Shown: positions 12,672 to 26,699 of the stretch, piece by piece | Numbering within the stretch: position 1 is the stretch's first letter | Layout of the letters: each line of letters opens with the position of its first letter | NCBI GenBank assembly: GCA_028534125.1 | Contig: CM052817.1 | Coordinates: 45,324,001-45,388,000 of the forward strand | From: Lama glama | Lineage: Eukaryota | Direction: 5' to 3' | Length of the DNA: 64,000 nt | Notes under the pieces: model-generated | The model's input: only the letters and a program-made list of their open reading frames with translations | Told to the model about the DNA's origin: nothing | Database searches by the model: none | Made by a program: the position numbers and the translations under genes

Positions 12672-14573
12672 GTAAGTAAGTATAATACTTTTTAAAGCTT
12701 CTATTATCTCATTCTTTACTATGTAATAGATCTCAGTCTGTCTTTAACAAAATAAAAAAAAGCATTTTTTATTACCTAAAATATTGGTATGAGAACCATA
12801 TGCTCACATGGCCCACATCCAGAACTACCGCATTACAATTGGCCAGGTTTCCTTTTAGTTTGTATTACCCTTAATTCAGGAGTAGAAGGCATGAGGAGTT
12901 ACAGTTTATGAGTAACTGTTTCAGGAAACAAGAGGCTTTTTAAGCTGTGATACTTTTAAGGTATTTGTGGGCAGTGCCACTTGAAAATACAGGTGTGACC
13001 AAACATGCAGTTGGATTGGAGAACACACTTGGAGTAGTCAACTGGCAGAATGTTAGCTTGTGACATTCTTCAGACTCTCTTAGACCTGCTTAAGGTAATG
13101 TTAATTTTGTTCACAGTGCATTTTCAAATATTGAGGACATAGCTACAAATGTTTTTAAATGATCCAGGTTATAGATTCCAGCTATTTTTGTCCTTGGTAT
13201 GATAAGCCTAAACGTCTAGTCCTTAATAAAATATGTTGTCTTAGTGGAAGGAAAAAAAAAAATGAAGGAAAAGAGAGACAGAATTACATTGAGTTTTTTT
13301 TTTTAAAACATTGACATTTTATTTAAAAATAGTTAATAGAGTTTAAATGGAAGTTAAAATGTCAAATATATGGAGAGTTAGTGTCAGGGACACTATAAAC
13401 AGTTTATAGTAGAACTTACTATAACAAGTGGTAGTAAAATAATGAAATCATTGGAGTTGGTGTTGACAAGTACACAACTGATGGCAAGATTTTTTTTCCT
13501 GTCCAAGTTTTATGAATGAGTGTTTTTATATTGTCAGGTTAAGAAAAATTCAACTATGAATCTTCATTCAAATATATAGTTACCAAAAGACGTTTTTTTC
13601 CCTCCCCAAACTTTTAGAACCACGTTGGGATTAACAGCCATATTTTTCATTCTTTGCTTCTGGGAGTTAATTTCAAAATCAGATTAAAAATAAATTTAAC
13701 TTTGAAGTTGTAGTTTATTAGTTTTTATATTTCATGGCAATCAAACCTTATGAATTGAGATCTAACTGTATTTGGTTGAAGTTTCTTTCTGATCCAAAAT
13801 ATGTAGTGTGATGTCTGCTGGACTGTCACCAATCATTAGTAAAGTGAGACAGATTTCATTAGGATTGCCTTTATCAAGAAAATGCCATATAATGGCATTG
13901 TAAAAGAATTCTAAACACAAAATTCAAATAATCAGACTTGTAGTGATTAATCATTAAAAGGATTTTTGAAATAACTGTATTTGATACTGATATTTAATAT
14001 TTAAAAATATGCTTACATACTGTGATGTCATTGTTATTTTATATGTTCAATATAGAAATTTAATTACTATGGTGAGAAAAGTAAAGAAAAATAGTTTATC
14101 AAAAGTTGTTAGTGTTAACTTGGTGAGTAATCTTTTTTGAACAAATATTTTCCCAATTGACCAGAAAGTGCATAAAGAGCCTCAGTTTTGATCTTTTAAA
14201 CCTGATGTAAAAAAATAAATTTTGTCTTCACTAAAACCAAATTCACTTGTGCCTTTTTCACCTTTGAGTGAAAAGGAATTGTGTTTTTCTAAAGTAAACT
14301 GTAATTGTTTTGTATAATAGTTCAAGTATTGCTTTATCTTTAAAAATATATTGAAATTTCATTAACATGACATTTATTAAGTTAAAGTTAATGGCTTCAA
14401 TTCCATTTGCCTTGTCTATTATGAAATACATGTGAATATTTGGAAAACATAATTTCTATGCAGAACAATACACAGGGCAGCAATTGATGCAATGCAGTGA
14501 CTGCCCTAATATGAAAAACAGGTGGGCAAGAATCAGTTTGGGAGGGTGGAGGAAACTAATATACTCAACATAA

Positions 14574-14861
<288 letters not shown>

Positions 14862-15079
14862 TAGAAAAAAAATTCTATTTTTATATTTGTTTTGTTTCCA
14901 TAACTAGATTTAAAGTATAATTTTTTTTGGCAAAAAACAAATAAGATTGCATATGCATATTCTTTTATCTCATGAATATAAACATGATTTTAAAAGTATT
15001 TGTTGCTTTTCTCTATGTCTGCCTGTCTGTCTGTCTGTCTGTCTATCTATCCATCCTCTATCTGTCTATACAGCAACAA

Positions 15080-15605
15080 CTGTTTTAGGGGTTCCGAAAA
15101 CCACCCCCAGATTCGATGATTCACCAGGAAGGCTCACAGCACTTAGCAAATAGTTGTATTCTAGGCTATGATTTATCATAGTGAAAGGACATAAAGCAAA
15201 ATCAGCAAAGGGAAAAGGCACATGGGGTGAACTCTAGAGGAAACCTGTCAAAAGCTTCCAGTGGAGTCACACGGGATGCACTGTTTCTTCCAGCAATGAG
15301 CTATGACAACATGTGTAAAATATTGTCTACCAAGGGAATTCACTGGAGACTCAGTGTCCAGAGATTTTTTTATCAGGGGCTGGTTACACAGGCACCCTCT
15401 GCCTGGCTCATGTAGAAATTCCAGACTCTCAGAAGAAATGCATGTTTTCAGTATAAACCATATTGTTTGCACAGTGAGCTACTTTATCTGTTCTGGAAAT
15501 GAAGGGAACCCTCTTGAAATCCAAGTTTCCGGGTACCAGCCAAGGATTCACTTTGCAAGCCAACCTTTCTAAGGGTAAGAGTCTCAGGCCTGCTATGTTA
15601 ACTCC
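15080..15605. mobile_element. MER21-like LTR
   Basis: ggggttccgaaaaccacccccagattcgatgattcacc...agcaaaatcagcaaagggaaaaggcacatgggg matches recalled MER21 consensus. Confidence 0.7.
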
Positions 15606-15619
15606 CAGTTGAACCAGAA

Positions 15620-16960
15620 GAACCAGAAATTTATCAATTTTATTTATTTTTAGAAAGAACCAATGTTTGGCTTTGTTGATCTTTCATATTGTATATTTCT
15701 TTTCTATTTCATTAATTTTTGTTTTTCAGTATTTTATACCTTATACTGATTTGGGGTGGGTTTATTTTACAGTTCTTTTTCTAAACTTATTTCTTTAATT
15801 TTTAGGGTGTTTTTTTTTCTCATATATGCATTTAAGGCTATAACCTTCTGTCTAAGGACAGCTGTGTATCTGAGAAATTTTGATTAGCAGTTCAAAATAT
15901 TTCCTCATTTTCCTTAATTTCCAAACATGTGGACAATTTCTAGCCTTTCCTCCCCTGGTTATTTGCTTTTGACATGATTGCCCTGTGATGTGAGTATGTA
16001 CTGTGTAAGATTTTATTCCTTTTGAATAAATACCTAATACCTAATACCTGCCCCTTCCATTAACTTACCAATTATTCCTGTTTCTGGGCTTCCATCTGGG
16101 ATCATTTTCCTTGTACTTAAAACATATCCTTTATTTTCTTTAAAGCAGATCTGCTGGTAAGGAATACTGTCCATTTGTGTTTGTCTTTCAAAAAAAAGTC
16201 TTTACTTTCTGTTTAAAAGATTGTTTTCAAGGATATAGAATTCTAAGTTGGCATTACTCAGTATGTTCAAGACATCATTTCACTGTTCCTCTGGCTTTCA
16301 TTGCTTCTATTGAAAGGTCGGACATTCCTTAGTGTGTCTATTTTTCTTCTGGATGCAGTTAAGCTTTCCCTTTGATCTTGGCTTTCATCAATTTTACAAT
16401 AATGCACCTTGGTCTGGGTTCCTTTGTATTTATCTTGCTTGGATTTTATGACTCTTGTGTCTGTAAAATAATGTCATTTGTCACTTTTAGAAAATGCTCA
16501 GCTATTATTGTTGCACATATTGCTACTGTCCCATTCTTTCTCTTCTCCATTTAAGAGTTGTTTCATATATTAGACCTCCCCCATATGTCTCCTATACTCT
16601 TTTCTGTGTTTTCATCTGTTTATTTTTCTTTACTTCATTCTACAGATTTTCCTTTGACCTGTCCTCCAATTCAGCTGTTCTGTTTCAGCTGTATCTAATC
16701 TACTGTTAAATTCAACCACTGGTTTCTTAATTAAAGGTGTATTTTTCTGCTCTAGTATTTCCATTAGACTTTTTTCTTATAGTTTCCAGTTTGCTACCAA
16801 ACTCTCTATTCTGCTTTTTTGACTATTGAAATTACAGGCTTTTCTTCTGAAGTCTGTATCCGATAACTATTTTCTAGATCTCCCATGAATTTATTTCCAT
16901 TGTCTGTTTTTCCTCTTGGTTTTTGATCAAGTCTTATCTCTTGATATACCTGTATTAATT
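15620..16960 (-). mobile_element. Old LINE-1 fragments (L1M/L1ME-like)
   Basis: T-rich antisense L1-type phrases (aaccaatgtttggctttgttgat, gcatttaaggctataac, ggatatagaattctaagttggc). Confidence 0.6.
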
Positions 16961-17789
16961 TTTTTATGATTAATAGCTCAGTTTATTAGCTGTTATTGCC
17001 TGTGTTAATTTCTAAAAAGTCTATAAATAGTTTGAATTTGGATTAGCATATTAGACTGGGAGCATCCCATGCACATGGCAGAGGCAAATTTGTATCTTCT
17101 CTGGAGGAAGATAACTATCTTAGCCTCAAAATATTTCTGCAACTAAATTTCCAAAAACAATATCCAATACAAATAATAATGAAGAGCACAAGAAAATAAG
17201 ATACTGTAAGCAAAGAACTTTAAAATTAAGGAGGTCCTGGGCTGGTAGTGTGCCTCTGCCAGGACAGGGAACATTTTAATGTAAATAATTGTTAACTAGT
17301 AAAGGTGGTTAATTACTAAGAGGGATAAAAGGAGTCCAAGGGATATTTAAAAAAAATAACAAATGCAGAGTAGATACTACTTTTAGGGCTGATTTCTCAG
17401 AGAACCCACCTTTGCAAGGCATTTAGATATGACTTTTCTTTCCCTCTTAGTTCCAAGAGGCCACAAAAATCCAAGCTCAGTTTCAAATCTGTCACTTTAT
17501 TCACTGCAAAATCAGCTTTGAGTCCTGAGATTGTTTCTGAGTTCTCCTCTTCCTGGTTTTGGCCCAGTAATTCCTCACCATCTTCTTAAATCTTCTTTAT
17601 GTTTAAGAAGATTTTAAGATATTTTGTACAACTTTTTACAAATTCTCAATAAGAGGGTTGGTCTGAGTTACCTAGCCTGCCATTACCAAATGTGGCAGTC
17701 ATCTGCTTTTAAAAATATAAGTGGACAGATAGAGGGAGAGGGGCAGGGGCAGAATGTGGAACTGGTGGTCTGTGTTTTAATTTAATCTT

Positions 17790-18835
17790 GTTCAATCTCC
17801 ACATATTTAGAGATTTTCCAATTATCTTTATGTTATTGATTTCCAATTTAATTTCATTCGGCCTGACAGCAGACGCTGCATGATTTCTAGTCTTTTAAAT
17901 TTGTTGAGGTGTGTTCTGTGTCCCACAATGTGGTTGATCTTGGTGACTACTCCATATGAGCTTGAGAAAAACCTTATTTCTGCTGTTGTTGGATGAAGTA
18001 GTCTATAGATGTAAATTATATCCAGTTGTCTGATGGTGTTGCTGAATTCATCTATGTCCTTATGATTTCTGTCTATTTCTGAGAGAGGAATGTTGAAGTT
18101 TCCAATTATGATAGTGGATTCATTATTTCTCCCTGTGGTTCTATCAGTTTTTGCTTCATATAGCTTGATTCTCTCTTGTTAGGCACATACATGTTAGAAT
18201 TGTTATGCCTTCTTGGAGAACTGACCCCTTTATCATTATGTTATGTCCTTCTGTATCCCTAATAACTTTTCTTACTTTGAAGTCTGTCCTGTCTGAAATG
18301 GACATAGCTACTCCTGCTTTCTTTTGATTAGTCTTAGTATGATATAGTTTCTCCATCCAATTGCTTTAAATTTTTATGTGTCTTTATATTTAAAGTAAGT
18401 TTCTTATAGACAACATGTATTTGGAGTATGTTTTGATCCAGTCTGACAGTTTTTGTCTTTTAATTGGTGCATTTAGATTACTGACATTCGAAGTTACTGT
18501 TGGTATAGTTGGATTACTGTCTATCATATTTGTTACCATTTTCAATTTGTTGCCCTTGTTCTTTGTTACTATTTTTGTCTTCTACTCTTTCTGCCTTTTT
18601 GTGGTTGTAATTCAGCATTTTAATATAATCTAATTTTCTCTCCTTTCTTAGCATATCAGTTATACTTCTTTCAAAATATCTTTTAGGTAGTTGCCCTACA
18701 GTTTGCAAAGTACATTTACAAATAATCCAAGTCCACTTTCAGACAACACTATGCCACTTCACAGGTAGTATGAGTAACTTATAATAACAAAATAGTCCTA
18801 ATTCTTTCTTCCTGTCTCTTGTATCATTGCTGTCA
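17790..18835 (-). mobile_element. Old LINE-1 with ORF2 endonuclease remnant
   Basis: ORF 18156-18356(-) NQKKAGVAMSISDRTDFK...EGHNIMIKGSVLQEGITIL resembles the L1 ORF2 APE endonuclease; fragmented. Confidence 0.85.
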
Positions 18836-18859
18836 TTTCACTTATATATAAGCATACCT

Positions 18860-18861
<2 letters not shown>

Positions 18862-18891
<30 letters not shown>
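18862..18891. repeat. (GT)n microsatellite
   Basis: Perfect GT run. Confidence 0.95.
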
Positions 18892-18894
<3 letters not shown>

Positions 18895-19399
18895 CACCTT
18901 TCATAAGTAAGTATACCCATCAGAGAACTTATATTCATATACAAACTTATGGGTATATACGGAGCAGTAGGTGTGCACATATCTAATGGCAGCATACCCT
19001 ACACACTGACCTGCATCTTGCTTTTCTCCACTTAATATATCTTAGTGATTATTGCATACCAGTGGACATAAAACTGCCTTGTTCTTTTTAACTGCTGCAT
19101 TTTATTTCATTATATGGATATACTTTAGTTCACTTAACCAGTAATATATTTGGAAAGCGCTTTGTGATCCAATCTGGAATCTTTTGCGTTAATAGCTAAG
19201 TTTAGCCCATTTATAATTATAATGTAACAGATAAGTTTGATTTTAGTTTTCTTTTTTCCCCTCTAGAGTCAGAATAGCTTAGGCATTAAGAATAAGACAT
19301 CTAAATATTTTGCACACAAGTCAGCTGCACTTCTGGTTTATAAGTTGGATGTTCCGGACATGAAGGAGGAACTGAACAAAACTGAAATGTTTTCAGGAA

Positions 19400-19595
19400 A
19401 AGACAGAGGCTAAGACTCTTGGGTTCTAATCCTCCTCTATCAGTTATTGCTGTGTGACCTTGTTTAACTTCTGTGTGCTTTGATTTCATCCTCTTCTGTA
19501 AAACAGGGTAATAACTGCACCAATGTTATAGGGTTTTTGTGTTTAGAATAGTCCATAGAACATAGTAAACACTATGTAAATGTTAGTTATTATTA
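19400..19595 (+). mobile_element. MIR SINE
   Basis: ctgtgtgaccttgtttaacttctgtgtgctttgatttcatcctcttctgtaaaacagggtaataa MIR core. Confidence 0.7.
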
Positions 19596-19864
19596 TTTAT
19601 AACATTATGTTGCTACTTAAAAATATTTTTCTATTTAGCCTCTGAATTCCTTTCTAAACATTGAATGTGTTTCCTTTGCTAATACGGAAAGGCCTTATTT
19701 TATACTTTATAACTATAGTGTTATATAATATACATAATCCTTTGTAAAGTGATTATTGTATTTCTGTTTCCTCCTCTTTCCCATTAATCCACCATCTGAC
19801 TTTAGAAGATACCTTATTTATTTTATGCTTACCATTAAACCTATAATTAGACCTTATAATTAAA

Positions 19865-20064
19865 AATTCCAGGCCAAAAATACAGTTTTAACCCATGACA
19901 AGAAAATCAGCATATATATTCTCTTTTGTTTGCATCTTGTCTTCTTTCTCCTAAATTTGTTAAGAATTTCAGGTGAAAAATACAATTTTGACCCATTGAC
20001 AAGAAAATCAGCATACATTCTCTTATTTTATTTGCATCTTGTCTTCTTTCTCCTAAGTTTGTTA
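19865..20064. repeat. Two-copy ~100 bp tandem duplication
   Basis: aaaaataca..ttt.acccat.gacaagaaaatcagcata...tttgcatcttgtcttctttctcctaa.tttgtta occurs twice head-to-tail. Confidence 0.9.
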
Positions 20065-21139
20065 CTAATATCATTTGTATATTGTTAGCTTCTAAATACT
20101 CATTTTCTATTTTGTAACTGTGGTACCCACATTCATATAAGACTTATCCTGCACTAATGAATTTATGTTCAGAAATTTTTCTCTGTTGTCTTTGTTGTTG
20201 AATGACAATTTCATTGGGTATAATAAAGTTTCTTTCTTTTTTTAAGGATTTTGAGGACTGTATTCTAGTAGTTTCTTCCTCTTTAAAAAATGTGGCAACA
20301 TTTTCTGCTGAGTATTATCTGCCATTTGTGTTTCCTTCTCTTTTCTTCGGTATCTGTGAATAGATCCTGGATTGGTTCCCTTTTGATTGTTTCTTATCTT
20401 ATAGCGAAGTGAGTTCTTGGACCAGCTGTTTGTAGGAGGTTCACTTTCAGGAGAAGATGTGGACTTGTGCCAGGCTGGCAGGAATCCACTGTGGTTCACA
20501 ATGATGTTTCTTACAATACAAGCCTGAGTGTGGGACTAACTTATGTTATTCTTAATTTCTCTGAAACTTGTAGTTGCAAGCTTGTTCATAATGAATTGTT
20601 TTGCCTTTCGTTTGGCTTCACTGACAGATTGCTTCAGCAAATGAGTTTCTGTGTGATTATTCAGACTCCCCTCCCCTGCTGTTCCTTGGTGCCATTCAGT
20701 TCTAGGGATGCTTTCACTGACAGTCTATGAACCCTGTTCCCATTACATCAAAGAAGGTTTTTTGTTTTTGTTGTTTTTCTCTTCAGGGTATGTCACCAAC
20801 TCTGCTTTGCCAGCTTTGTAGCCACAGATGACTCTTGGTATCTTCCTGGACTCCTGTGTGGTACCACCTTGATGGGGCCACCTCGTTTGTTGTAGGTGGG
20901 GGTCATAGATCCTGCTTAGTTTCATCAAAGATTTTTTTCTCATTGGCTTTTATTGTGTTCTCTGAGAAGAGAATGGAGCACTATGGTCTTTTGACTATAA
21001 AAACCAGAATATAGTTTTATAATTTGTCCTGTTCATGCGTTTTATTTAGATGTTTTTCTTATGCTAAGATCTATTTTAGACTGACTAATTGCTAGTAATT
21101 TGATCTTGTAAAAATTATTTTGCATTTTTTTAATAACAG

Positions 21140-21334
21140 CAACTGAGGCATGAAAATCTGGTGAATCTGTTGGAAGTGTGTAAGAAAAAAAAGCGATGGT
21201 ACCTAGTCTTTGAATTTGTTGACCATACAGTTCTTGATGACTTGGAGCTCTTTCCAAATGGACTAGACTACCAACTAGTTCGAAAGTATTTGTTTCAGAT
21301 TATCAGTGGAATTGGATTTTGTCACAGTCACAAC
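21140..21334 (+). CDS. CDKL2: CDKL2 coding exon 2 ([28 protein letters not shown]...GFCHSHN)
   Basis: taacag acceptor, AAC|gtaagt donor, 195 nt, phase 0/0. Confidence 0.97.
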
Positions 21335-23167
21335 GTAAGTATTTAGTTTAAGTAAGTATTTAAAAAAATCAAAAAGTTGGAAGAGTATACAATAAACAAC
21401 CACATACCTGCCACCTGAATTCTATACTTAGTAACATTTTGCTACATTTATTTTATGATGTATTTATTCATCTATTCATTCATTTACCTATTTGTTAATC
21501 TGTCTTATTTACTTAACTTGAAAGTCAATTGCAGACACCAGTACACTTCAGCTCTAACACTTTAATAGTTTAATTTGTTTGCGGAATCTTCTTTTCCCCT
21601 GGGGTAACATTTACTGAGTGAAATACACTAACTTTAAGTGGTGAGTTTTGACAAGTGCATTCGCCCAGGGATCCACTTACTTGTTAGTTCAGATTTTCTT
21701 GCCTAGTTGTGAAGTGTGAAAATCCCCGCTTTTACCCTGTTGTCTATCACAGTGATTTTATATCCTTTGAAAATCATATAGAAGCTGCTCTGGTAAAATG
21801 ACACTTATTAAGTATAAACCAGATAACACAACACATTGATTCTGCGAGTTTTACAAAATATTTTAATGATACTTTTTGTGTGATTATAAAAGCAACAAAT
21901 GCTAATGGTAGATGTGGGGCTGGCCCTGTGACCTCACCAGGGTTGTCTAGATGTAATAGAAATTGCTAGCCTATGCAAAATGCTCAGCAATGCCAGTTAG
22001 GGTGCTGGTCCTCTGAAAGAGTTTAAAATAAATATATTTAAAAACTTTTTCAAAATACAGTTTACTTGTAGTAGAGAATTATGCCTAATAATTTGTTTTG
22101 TCTAGCTCTGGAATTTTTAATATTGTCTTCCAGTGTCCTGTTCTCTCCTTCCATAGTCTCTCCGCAGAAATCTTACCCAACTGACCTTGTTTTACTCTCT
22201 TTATGTTTATAATTGCCTGATGATGCTGCCACTTAGGTGCTCAGACATCTGCCTACTAAAGCCCATAATAAAACTAAACTACTCATTATTCTTCATCAAA
22301 ACTAAACTTTCTTGAACTTTTCTGTTTTTGGTTATGGAACCACCATTCTTTTAGATTCCCACGTTTCAGTAAAATATCTGAGATTAATTCCTAAGTTTTA
22401 TTGATTCTTGATTTAAAGTATTTCTAAACTGTATCTCTTCCCTTCTGTTCCTTTGTGCACCAGACTAATTCAGGCCCTTATCCCCTCGTAGTTGTCCCAC
22501 TGCGCTTCTCCCTGCTTCTAGTCCCTCTCTCTGTGCTTTAGCCTGTATAAACAGGCCAACATCTTGTTTATTCAGCCCCATATGAGTCATGTCACTTCCA
22601 TGGGTTCCCATGGCCTGGATGCAAGCTCAGACTTCCCAGGCTGGCAGCTGAGGCAGCCTTTCTCCCCAGTACTTACTCTTTACTCCAGAAAAGACGTTTC
22701 CCTGGAATCTCCTGATCTGGTCCGTCTTCACTCTGTTGCTCTTTTTGTTGCCTTCACTCGGATTGCCCTTTCATTTCTACATTTTTATCCAGGTCACACT
22801 AGTATTAAAGACCTATCTTGGAGCCCATCCTTTCCCACAAAAGCTTTCCCTGACCACCACAGTCTTCAATGGTAGTTTTATTCTCTTAGTCTTCAGAGCA
22901 GTTATTATCAGAGTAATCGATTTGGTAATTAATAATATATATTTCGTCTGATGTCTTTGATTGTTTAAATACAATTTCAAGCATAAATGTTATTTCCTGC
23001 TTAACTAGGTCCCAGGTTCTTTAAAGCCAGGGACAATTTTATATGCTTTTATTTGTATTCATTATAGGGATAAAAACAGTGCCCTGCACGTGACAGATGC
23101 TCAAAAAGATAATTAATTTGTTTAACTTGATGGACCAATATATGTCATGCTCTGCTTTTTGCCTTAG

Positions 23168-23347
<180 letters not shown>

Positions 23348-24216
23348 TAAGACACGAGCAAGCTGCGGGGTGGGGAGGGGGGATTTAACTGTCTCTTCTT
23401 GATAAAATGGAATATGTTTTTACTGTGATAAAAGACTCCTCTAATGCTGAAAGAAAGTTTTCAGTTTAGGGAACTTTATAAAGTTGTAACTGTCTTTGGT
23501 GCTCCGCCTTTAAACATTCTTGTGAAACAGGCTGGTGTGAGTATAATTATTTTAAAGGTAAGGAAATCAAGGTGAGTAAGTAGTCTGTTTTTTAATAGCA
23601 AGTTAAGAATAGATATATTTATCACTTGTAAAGAGAGGTAACATTGATTGGATATGTCTGACACTGTTGAAATGAGGCAAGGTAGGGTGGGCACGGGTGG
23701 GGGATAGAAACAGAACTAAGTGAAACGTTTTAAAAACATAAATTATCTTTGTAAATGAATTCTTCAAAGACGAATTCTATTTTCTTCCTCCTAGCGTTCA
23801 GTTCTCTTTGCTGTATGTGTCCCAAACAACCGCCTCCTTCCGGCATGCTGTTCTCAGCGTGCAGGGGAAGAGACGGATGAACCTTGTTCAAATTATTTGT
23901 AAACAAAGAGTGAATAGCCTCTGAATGGCAACCCAAAAGGCTTATTTCCAGAATAAAGTGCACTTAATAACTGTTTTGACTCTTCGGAAGCCTTTTCTTT
24001 CCTGTGTCACATGATTGAAGTTTCTAGAAAACTGATTTAGGTAAAATTGGAGGTTAGTACTTTACGTTTAGAGGGAGATGTGTTTTTAGGGATAATTTAA
24101 AGTTTACTATTACCGTTGTCAGTGCCAAGAATACCAAATAGTAATGTACAGAACAGACGCAGCCACAGTAAACACACTAAGATGCCAGATTTTCTACCAC
24201 GTTGCTTTTCTTTCAG

Positions 24217-24329
24217 GGCTGTGGATGTGTGGGCCGTTGGCTGTCTGGTGACTGAAATGCTCACGGGGGAGCCCCTGTTCCCTGGAGATTCTGACATTGA
24301 TCAGCTGTATCATATTACAATGTGTTTAG
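24217..24329 (+). CDS. CDKL2: CDKL2 coding exon 4 ([37 protein letters not shown])
   Basis: Kinase subdomain IX DVWxxG; tttcag acceptor, TAG|gtaaga donor; 113 nt. Confidence 0.97.
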
Positions 24330-25517
24330 GTAAGATTATGCATGTGCATTTTAAATTTTAGTGATTTTTCCTCCCTATGTTTTTGTTTGTTTGTATTGAT
24401 TTAATAAGCTGTTGGTACAATGAAGACGATTGGTGTTTTGTGTGGATGTAGGAAGCAAATAGGAAACCTCATCTATCTCTTTCTATATATATACATTCAT
24501 TCATTCATTCTCAGTGTGGCTTTCGTTTGTCTGACATATGGCCCTAATCATGCTCTCACCTGCCCCCCTGTCCAACTCCCCCTAAAGAAGAGAACAAACG
24601 TCTGTTCTCTCTGGACTTTTATATTCAGTAAATCACATGTAGAGAGAATACAAATGATCATATTATCTCTGGGTCAGCAAGCTGTTGGTGTCATATGAAT
24701 ATCACCCTCATTCTCACCTTCAAATTGAGACCCAGGGACTTCCAAGGTAGCTTAATCTTGCTGCAGTTATGACTTTTGTTGCTTGTGCTTTGGACAGGAT
24801 TTCAAAGCCAGGCTATCAAAGGCTTCTTACATTTGTTGAAGTATCAGCTTTCTGTTGGGTGATGAAGCTTAGAAAATGGAAATAATGGGAAATTACTTGG
24901 GGGTTATTTATCTCTTAGATTTTAAGTTTACAGGTTAGAAATTCAATAAACAGTATGATGGTTCCTTACAGTAGAATTTTCAAATATATTTTATATTAGA
25001 TTATGTATTCAAGTTGAGAAAAAAGATAAAAGTGCTCAAGTCAGATCTCAGATACAGGAACAGTCAGTTGACCAAAAATCAGATTCTTAAAGGGTGGGAC
25101 TTATTTACCTAGAGTAGATTCTGATTATATGGCTATTAATATTTTGAGTTTTGATCAGCACTTTGTGCTTTGTTATGAGAAATGAAGTGCTGGCACTTAC
25201 AATCTGAACAATCACAAATTTTTTTTAACCTATCCTTTTCCTATGCTTTCTCGTGTATTCAGTTCTATGCATAGTGGCGTGTGAAGTTTTCTGCTAAATG
25301 AGTGTGTTGAGATAAGAATGTTAATTTCCTTTGCGTTGACTTATGTCAAAGCCCCTATAAAGACTGCCAGCCACCAGCACAGTAAGCGCCCTGTCTTGGG
25401 TGGGTTTTGCGTGCTGAGAGCCCCACCTCCTCGAGCTGTGTCCCACTCTTATCCCTGCTCCACACCACCCATCTCATGATGCAGAATGACAGAGATTTGT
25501 GCCATTCTCACTGCCAG

Positions 25518-25657
25518 GTAATCTAATTCCAAGACATCAGGAGCTGTTTTATAAAAATCCTGTGTTTGCGGGAGTCAGGTTGCCTGAAATCAAGGAAACG
25601 GAACCTCTTGAAAGACGCTATCCCAAGCTCTCTGAAGTTGCGATAGATTTGGCAAAG
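25518..25657 (+). CDS. CDKL2: CDKL2 coding exon 5 ([15 protein letters not shown]...VAIDLAK)
   Basis: ctgccag acceptor, AAG|gtaatc donor; 140 nt; frame continuous. Confidence 0.96.
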
Positions 25658-25806
25658 GTAATCATACCTTTCTCTTTTCACTCTCTGACAAGGAATTTAC
25701 TTTATGGAGATTTGATTTTCTCTTCTTTTTTTCTTGTCTAGTTGATCTTTTAGGTCAATAATTTCCTTTGATGATTTAAATGTTTGTACATTAAGAAAGA
25801 GGTTGA

Positions 25807-25960
25807 GGGGAGGGTATAGCTCAAGTGGCAGAGTGCATACTTAGCATGCACGAGGTCCTGGGTTCAATCCCCAGTACCTTCATTAAAAATAAACGAATAA
25901 ATAAATAAACCTAATTAACTCTCCCCACCAAAAAAATCAAACCAAAAAAAAAAAAGAAAG
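25807..25960 (+). mobile_element. Young tRNA(Ala)-like SINE (camelid Vic-1 type)
   Basis: GGGGAGGGTATAGCTCAAGTGG (A box)...GGTTCAATCC (B box), A-rich tail; TSD aagaaagaggtt at 25793-25804 and 25961-25972. Confidence 0.9.
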
Positions 25961-26699
25961 AAGAAAGAGGTTAATTTGGTGGGGATGGGGGGGTCGGGGA
26001 GCCTTCAGAGATATAGGCCTGATATTTTTGCTTGTTTTGAGAAACCATTTAGTGTTACCTAGTTAAGTGTGAAAACATCCTCATGTTTTTAATGTTTAAC
26101 ATTTAAACTGCAGGCCATGTGTAAGTGGAAGAGAGAAGAAAAATAGGATAAGAAAATAAAAAGAATGGTGAAGAAGTAGGAAAATGTTAGTCTAGGGTGT
26201 AGGATCATGACCTGTAGTGTACTGTTAAAAAGGGGCTTTTTCCTTAACCACTAGATTCACTGAAGCTAATTATTAAATAATCATCACCTTTGCCTTGTAT
26301 TTGGTTGAGAAGGATATTGGGGAGACTCTCACTGGATCAAATTATCTCTAAATATGGACCTTTTGGAGTTACTAGCTCAAAAATTCTTGAGTTAGGATTA
26401 TCGTAAAGCATTGATAAAATAAGTATCTCTAAAACAGCAGGGTCACTTAGCATTTGCTCAAGATACTTTTTCTTTTTTAATTCCTGAAATAATTCATTTA
26501 AAAAAAGCTTGGTAAGCTTATAACTAATTATATAACAAGTTCTTAGAATAATACATTTCTAGTTTTCTACGTAATCTTCTAACAGATACAAATATTTTTC
26601 ATTGAGATTAGCTTTATGATCTGTCTGCAAGGAGATTTAAAAGGAATAAAGGTAAAACTACTGTCCAACTTAATGTCCCCATGGTAGAATCATATAACT

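Noticed and set aside
18156..18708. Active LINE-1 coding capacity
   Set aside because: Only short interrupted remnants.
25807..25880. tRNA-Ala gene
   Set aside because: A-rich tail, TSDs and related diverged copies show it is a SINE.
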